In this document: positions 59,365 to 63,053 of the stretch, piece after piece
How positions within the stretch are numbered: position 1 is the first letter of the stretch
How the letters are laid out: every line of letters starts with the position of its first letter
IMG/VR virus record: IMGVR_UViG_3300027304_000136
Coordinates: 1-63,053 of that record
Direction: 5' to 3' (one strand)
Length of the DNA stretch: 63,053 nucleotides
Origin: a virus
Lineage: Duplodnaviria > Caudoviricetes
Notes under the pieces: model-generated
The model's database searches: none
What the model was told of the DNA's origin: nothing
What the model saw: only the letters and a program-made list of their open reading frames with translations
Position numbers and translations under genes: made by a program

Positions 59365-60513
59365 TTAGTTTAATAGTGAACCGATTTGAGTAGTGTTCTG
59401 TAAGACATTGTTACCAAATGGATTTGGCATGTCGTTTTGGTGATCGAAACGTGTTTTACCGAAGATGTTACCCGCTTGAACCATCATCTTAGTAGAATCT
59501 GATTCTTGCATGTTGCTCGTAATTAAGTTAGGAGCGTGAGTAGCAAAGTGTGTAAGACCATTAATAACCGACCAAACAGATTGGTTTGATTTAGCAGCTG
59601 ACATTTGGTCTGCAGTAAGATCATCGAATCCAGCAGCTTTGTACTTAGATAAGTTTTCTTGTAATGGGATCCAACGATCTGCATTGTCTCCAGCATGTCC
59701 AGAGATGATGTTGTGAGCTCCTCTCATTTCTTTAAGAGATGCAGGAGTGTTAATTGCCATTCTAACTTTGTCTCCGAATGCTTTAGGTGCGTAATTGTTC
59801 TTACGTAACTCGTTCATATTTTCAAAGAACTTCTCCATAGTGGTAGAGTCTAATGAATTAAGAGTGTAAGCTTCTTCAGCTAATGCAGTGGTCATACCAT
59901 TGGTACACCATAGACGATTAACATAAGGTAGGACTTGGAAACCTTGTAGTGGTGAGTTCTTAAAAGTAACTCCTCCAGTGAAAACCTCATCGCTTAAACC
60001 TTGAATACCGAAAGTAGTCTTAGGATTAAAAGCGTTGATTTGAATAATACCGCTAGTAGGATCTACCGACCAGTTAGTAACATCGAATCCTTGTTGATCG
60101 ATAATTCTTTCAGCTACTCCTAAGAATTGCTCGTTAGAAATAAGATCGGTTGGTTTCTTTGTGATTCCGATTACTGTCTTATTATAAGGTGAAAGGACCA
60201 AGGTAACTTCGCTTAATTTACCAGCATTAGAAGACATAGCGTCTTTAATACGGTTAATGAAAGTTGCTTTGGCTTCAGCATTAAATAAGTTTTCGAAATT
60301 TGCAGCAAACTGATTAGACATTCCGATTAGTTTCAATAAAGACTTGAAACAACCATTGGTGATTCCGATACGAGATCCGTTATATTCGATTGTTTTGTCA
60401 TCGATTAACTTTACATCTCTGAATGATACTGTCTTACGGATAGCTTGTGCTTGTAAGGTCTCTTGTTTACGTTTTGAGATAACGTTGTTTGAAAGTGTTG
60501 TAATTGTTGCCAT
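59365..60513 (-). CDS. DUF932-like phage protein
   Basis: ISNEQF, NS, RLWCTNGM, W.V.NGLT..ATH motifs. Confidence 0.65.
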   Translation of the reverse strand: MATITTLSNNVISKRKQETLQAQAIRKTVSFRDVKLIDDKTIEYNGSRIGITNGCFKSLLKLIGMSNQFAANFENLFNAEAKATFINRIKDAMSSNAGKLSEVTLVLSPYNKTVIGITKKPTDLISNEQFLGVAERIIDQQGFDVTNWSVDPTSGIIQINAFNPKTTFGIQGLSDEVFTGGVTFKNSPLQGFQVLPYVNRLWCTNGMTTALAEEAYTLNSLDSTTMEKFFENMNELRKNNYAPKAFGDKVRMAINTPASLKEMRGAHNIISGHAGDNADRWIPLQENLSKYKAAGFDDLTADQMSAAKSNQSVWSVINGLTHFATHAPNLITSNMQESDSTKMMVQAGNIFGKTRFDHQNDMPNPFGNNVLQNTTQIGSLLN

Positions 60514-60572
60514 GTTTTTTTGGAGTTTGATTTGTTAAACTGTTATATTTATATAGATTACTTTGATTTTGT

Positions 60573-60752
60573 TTACGACTGGATGCCCATAGTTTCAAAA
60601 AGAAATTTCTTACGGTCAAGTTCCTTCTGACGGTCTAAGAAATAACTAAGTTTAGTACTATAGAACTGTAACTTCTTTGAGTCCAGGTTCTCGATAGATT
60701 TATTAACTAGGAAGCGGTAGTAACTGATTTTTTCTGAATAATCTCTCGTCAT
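60573..60752 (-). CDS. Hypothetical protein
   Basis: ATG 60752 after promoter; KLSYFLDRQ. Confidence 0.7.
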   Translation of the reverse strand: MTRDYSEKISYYRFLVNKSIENLDSKKLQFYSTKLSYFLDRQKELDRKKFLFETMGIQS

Positions 60753-60769
60753 AATGTGGATTGTTATTG

Positions 60770-60851
60770 TTAATTTGTTATATGTAAATATAAACATAAT
60801 TTTTCAAACCGGAAACGATTTAGTGATTTATTTTCAAAAAAGTTATTAACA
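60770..60851 (-). promoter_or_regulatory. Class A promoter with TGTTAATAAC box
   Basis: Reverse complement of motif. Confidence 0.8.
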
Positions 60852-61040
60852 TAGTGTTCAAAACTTTATTTTACCATGTCGTGGAAATTGATTACTTTTA
60901 TATTGACGCACTACATACGGGGAATTCCTGTATATAAAACAGGTCGGAGTCTACCCTCTGCGCTCCGGTGGAAAAAGCGAACCCTTGTCGGGTGGTTAAC
61001 CCTGGTGGCCATGGGCCCGTTATGTCATTTTGTTATTTTT

Positions 61041-61078
61041 CATAAGTAAATATAATCATTTTTCATGACATAAAAAAA
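61041..61078 (-). promoter_or_regulatory. Class A promoter variant with no clear downstream CDS
   Basis: TTTTTATGTCATGAAAAATGATTATATTTACTTATG on minus strand. Confidence 0.65.
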
Positions 61079-61158
61079 TATTTGTGCAACTATTTTCAAA
61101 TTATTTTTTGAAACAAACGGGCAGGGCCCATATAAGATATACATTAAATAACATACAA

Positions 61159-61407
61159 ATGAATTACACGTTCAACTCAACAAACCGTCCAAGCTCATAC
61201 AAGAAATTGAGCTATGCACAAAAATTAGCTATCGTTAACAGACGCCAAAGAACTGGTGATGTTGCAAACATGGCTTACCGTACTGGTTATAGCACTACAC
61301 ACGTAAGTGATGTACTTAGCGGTAAAGAATTCAACGAAAGAATCTTAAATGCGACTTATGATTTACTTCGTAACCGCAAAGCGAACTCTACCTACGTTAA
61401 CGCGTAA
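61159..61407 (+). CDS. Small HTH-like DNA-binding protein
   Basis: VANMAYRTGYSTTHVSDVLSG. Confidence 0.7.
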   Translation: MNYTFNSTNRPSSYKKLSYAQKLAIVNRRQRTGDVANMAYRTGYSTTHVSDVLSGKEFNERILNATYDLLRNRKANSTYVNA

Positions 61408-61431
61408 GTAGCCTTTCCAGTATCCGAAGGA

Positions 61432-61455
61432 AGAGGGCCCCACAAGGGCCCTTTT
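61432..61455 (+). terminator. Intrinsic terminator
   Basis: AGGGCCC-CACAA-GGGCCCT plus T-run. Confidence 0.8.
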
Positions 61456-61469
61456 CTGTGTGTCCAAAA

Positions 61470-61553
61470 TGTTAATAACTTTTTTGAAAATAAGTGCATA
61501 AAAGTTTTACCGATTGAAATAAATTGATTATATTTACATATAACAAATTAACA
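61470..61553 (+). promoter_or_regulatory. Class A promoter with TGTTAATAAC box
   Basis: Nearly identical to 21482-21565. Confidence 0.8.
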
Positions 61554-61577
61554 ATAACACTTTAAAACAACATCCAC

Positions 61578-62003
61578 ATGACAAAGACAATTTTTAACTC
61601 AGAAAGAATTAGCCAAGTAGATTTTATCCAAGATCGTAAAGGAGAGTATCAAGCAATCGTTAAAGTTCAAGCCGGTTTTATGACTACCGTAGATGACTTA
61701 GGTATTAAATGTAAATGGGAATCTGGTCCATCTTGGAAAAGAGCCATTAACGTATTCCGAAGCTTTAAAAAAGGTGCATTACAGACAATCCAGTTTAAAG
61801 CAGAAGGTTCAGATAATTGGTTAACTGTTTTTGCCCGTAAAGGAAACAAAATCGTTCTGATGGACGAACAGTTATTCTTAGATATGGAAGTAGGAGATAT
61901 TAACCAAAACTGGTCTAATACTAACCTATATAGTCAAAATAACTATAAGTTAGCCGGAGCTAAAACTTGGGCCGATAAAGCCTTTATCTCTAACAATAAA
62001 TAA
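61578..62003 (+). CDS. Hypothetical protein
   Basis: ORF after promoter. Confidence 0.75.
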   Translation: MTKTIFNSERISQVDFIQDRKGEYQAIVKVQAGFMTTVDDLGIKCKWESGPSWKRAINVFRSFKKGALQTIQFKAEGSDNWLTVFARKGNKIVLMDEQLFLDMEVGDINQNWSNTNLYSQNNYKLAGAKTWADKAFISNNK

Positions 62004-62011
62004 TTTTAATC

Positions 62012-62167
62012 ATGAGATACACAGTAAGATATTTCGACGGAGTCAATATTATAAATGACTTACAGACCAATGATTTCAGTAAGGTGTTAATCCGAGAAAA
62101 AGAATTAAAAAAACTATACGAAGATGTCTGGTATGCAGATGCCATCGAAGAAATCCTAGTAGGATAA
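62012..62167 (+). CDS. 51-aa hypothetical protein
   Basis: MRYTVRYFDG...EEILVG. Confidence 0.6.
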   Translation: MRYTVRYFDGVNIINDLQTNDFSKVLIREKELKKLYEDVWYADAIEEILVG

Positions 62168-62190
62168 TTAAAACGCTTAAAAATTAAAGT

Positions 62191-62367
62191 ATGAAGATTA
62201 TAAAAAACCTGATCCTGTTATCTCGAGCCCTAAGAACTCCAGCAGGACAATTGTACGGTGCAATTAAATGCCGAATTTGTGGTCGTAACTGCGATGCAAC
62301 TGGATCCGGTATGGCAATTAACGGAATGTGTGAAAGGTGCTATGAGAACGGTGGAGATGATGAATAA
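62191..62367 (+). CDS. 58-aa Zn-finger protein
   Basis: CRIC...CERC. Confidence 0.6.
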   Translation: MKIIKNLILLSRALRTPAGQLYGAIKCRICGRNCDATGSGMAINGMCERCYENGGDDE

Positions 62368-62368
62368 T

Positions 62369-62545
62369 CACTCCAGGAGCACTTACCGGTAACACTTACC
62401 GGAGTGCACTCCCAGGACACTTCCAGAAGTCACTCCAGGTGACACTCCAGGAGCACTATATGCCACCTAGGGCACTATATGCCACCTAGGGCACTACTGA
62501 GTCACTATGCCACTACCACTCACATGCGATCATAGGTCACTAGCA
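62369..62545. repeat. Array of about 15 short CAC(T/C)-initiated repeats
   Basis: CACTCCAGGAG, CACTTACCGG x2, CACTATATGCCACCTAGGG x2. Confidence 0.75.
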
Positions 62546-63053
62546 GTCAAGGGACACCAGTCCCTTCGGGCCCAATAAACTAATAACCTATTAAAGACTC
62601 TATAAGAGGGACTGAGTAGACACCTAAGGCTCCTAAGAGCTATAAGCACCAAGAGTGCTCGTTATAGGCACTAGGCGCAATAAGAGCTATATAGAGATAG
62701 GAGAGCTAGAAGGTATAGGAGAGCTAGAAGGTAGCGACTTGTCGCTTAGGGACTCCTAGTCTAGCTAGGCATCGGAGTCGTACGAGCATTTGGACGCTTA
62801 AAGCGCGATTAAGGGGACTCCGAGTCCCTCCACTCCTAAGTGCATAGTGTTCTACCGGTACCCAGAATCCTGGTGGCGCGATTAGCCCAGATAAGGAAAA
62901 GGCCTGATTAGACGTACATGACTCTGCTCCAGGGTGAAGAGTCATGACTTTAAATTAATAATAAGTCTTTTAGCGAATCACTTTACCAGAAGTGCACACA
63001 TTATCTCGGTCCGTGCAGGCACCCTTTTCTACCTTGCGGCCCGTTTGTGATAC

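Noticed and set aside
57669-62945. ORFs 57669-57872 and 62724-62945 on the minus strand
   Set aside because: Atypical composition, non-ATG starts, located in repeat-rich non-coding blocks
1-63053. Stop-codon reassignment as in some jumbo phages
   Set aside because: Standard code gives full-length conserved genes at high density; TAG and TGA terminate genes; no suppressor tRNA seen

Overview
AT-rich, gene-dense segment of a large (jumbo-type, distantly T4-like) tailed phage, probably infecting Bacteroidota. The host inference rests on the lack of Shine-Dalgarno motifs, TATATTTAC promoters, Bacteroidota-type lipoproteins, an Hc1 histone-like gene and iscU/iscA. Layout: 0-8 kb thyA, metabolic and lysis genes plus a DUF2589 pair; 8.5-14.7 kb tRNA array with 12 near-canonical tRNAs, two aberrant tRNA-like RNAs, several unexplained structured RNAs and a minimal circularly permuted tmRNA; 15-31 kb DNA metabolism and accessory genes; 40-53 kb giant Gly-X-Gln collagen-like fibres built from shuffled modules; 57-63 kb a divergent early-gene island bounded by two unusual non-coding repeat regions. 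The most striking signal is a family of about 16 otherwise unrelated genes in three clusters that share an N-terminal leader MK(H/P)(I/V)KL(F/Y)E(D/E/Q)F(I/V)NE. It resembles the T4 capsid-targeting sequence. Two members are long polyproteins punctuated by repeated ES(V/K)V(T/N)E-A linkers. Together these suggest a capsid-packaged, protease-processed arsenal of injected effectors, including an ADP-ribosyltransferase, a PAP2 phosphatase, a zeta-like kinase and a ParB-like domain. All calls come from reading motifs by eye; no database searches were run.
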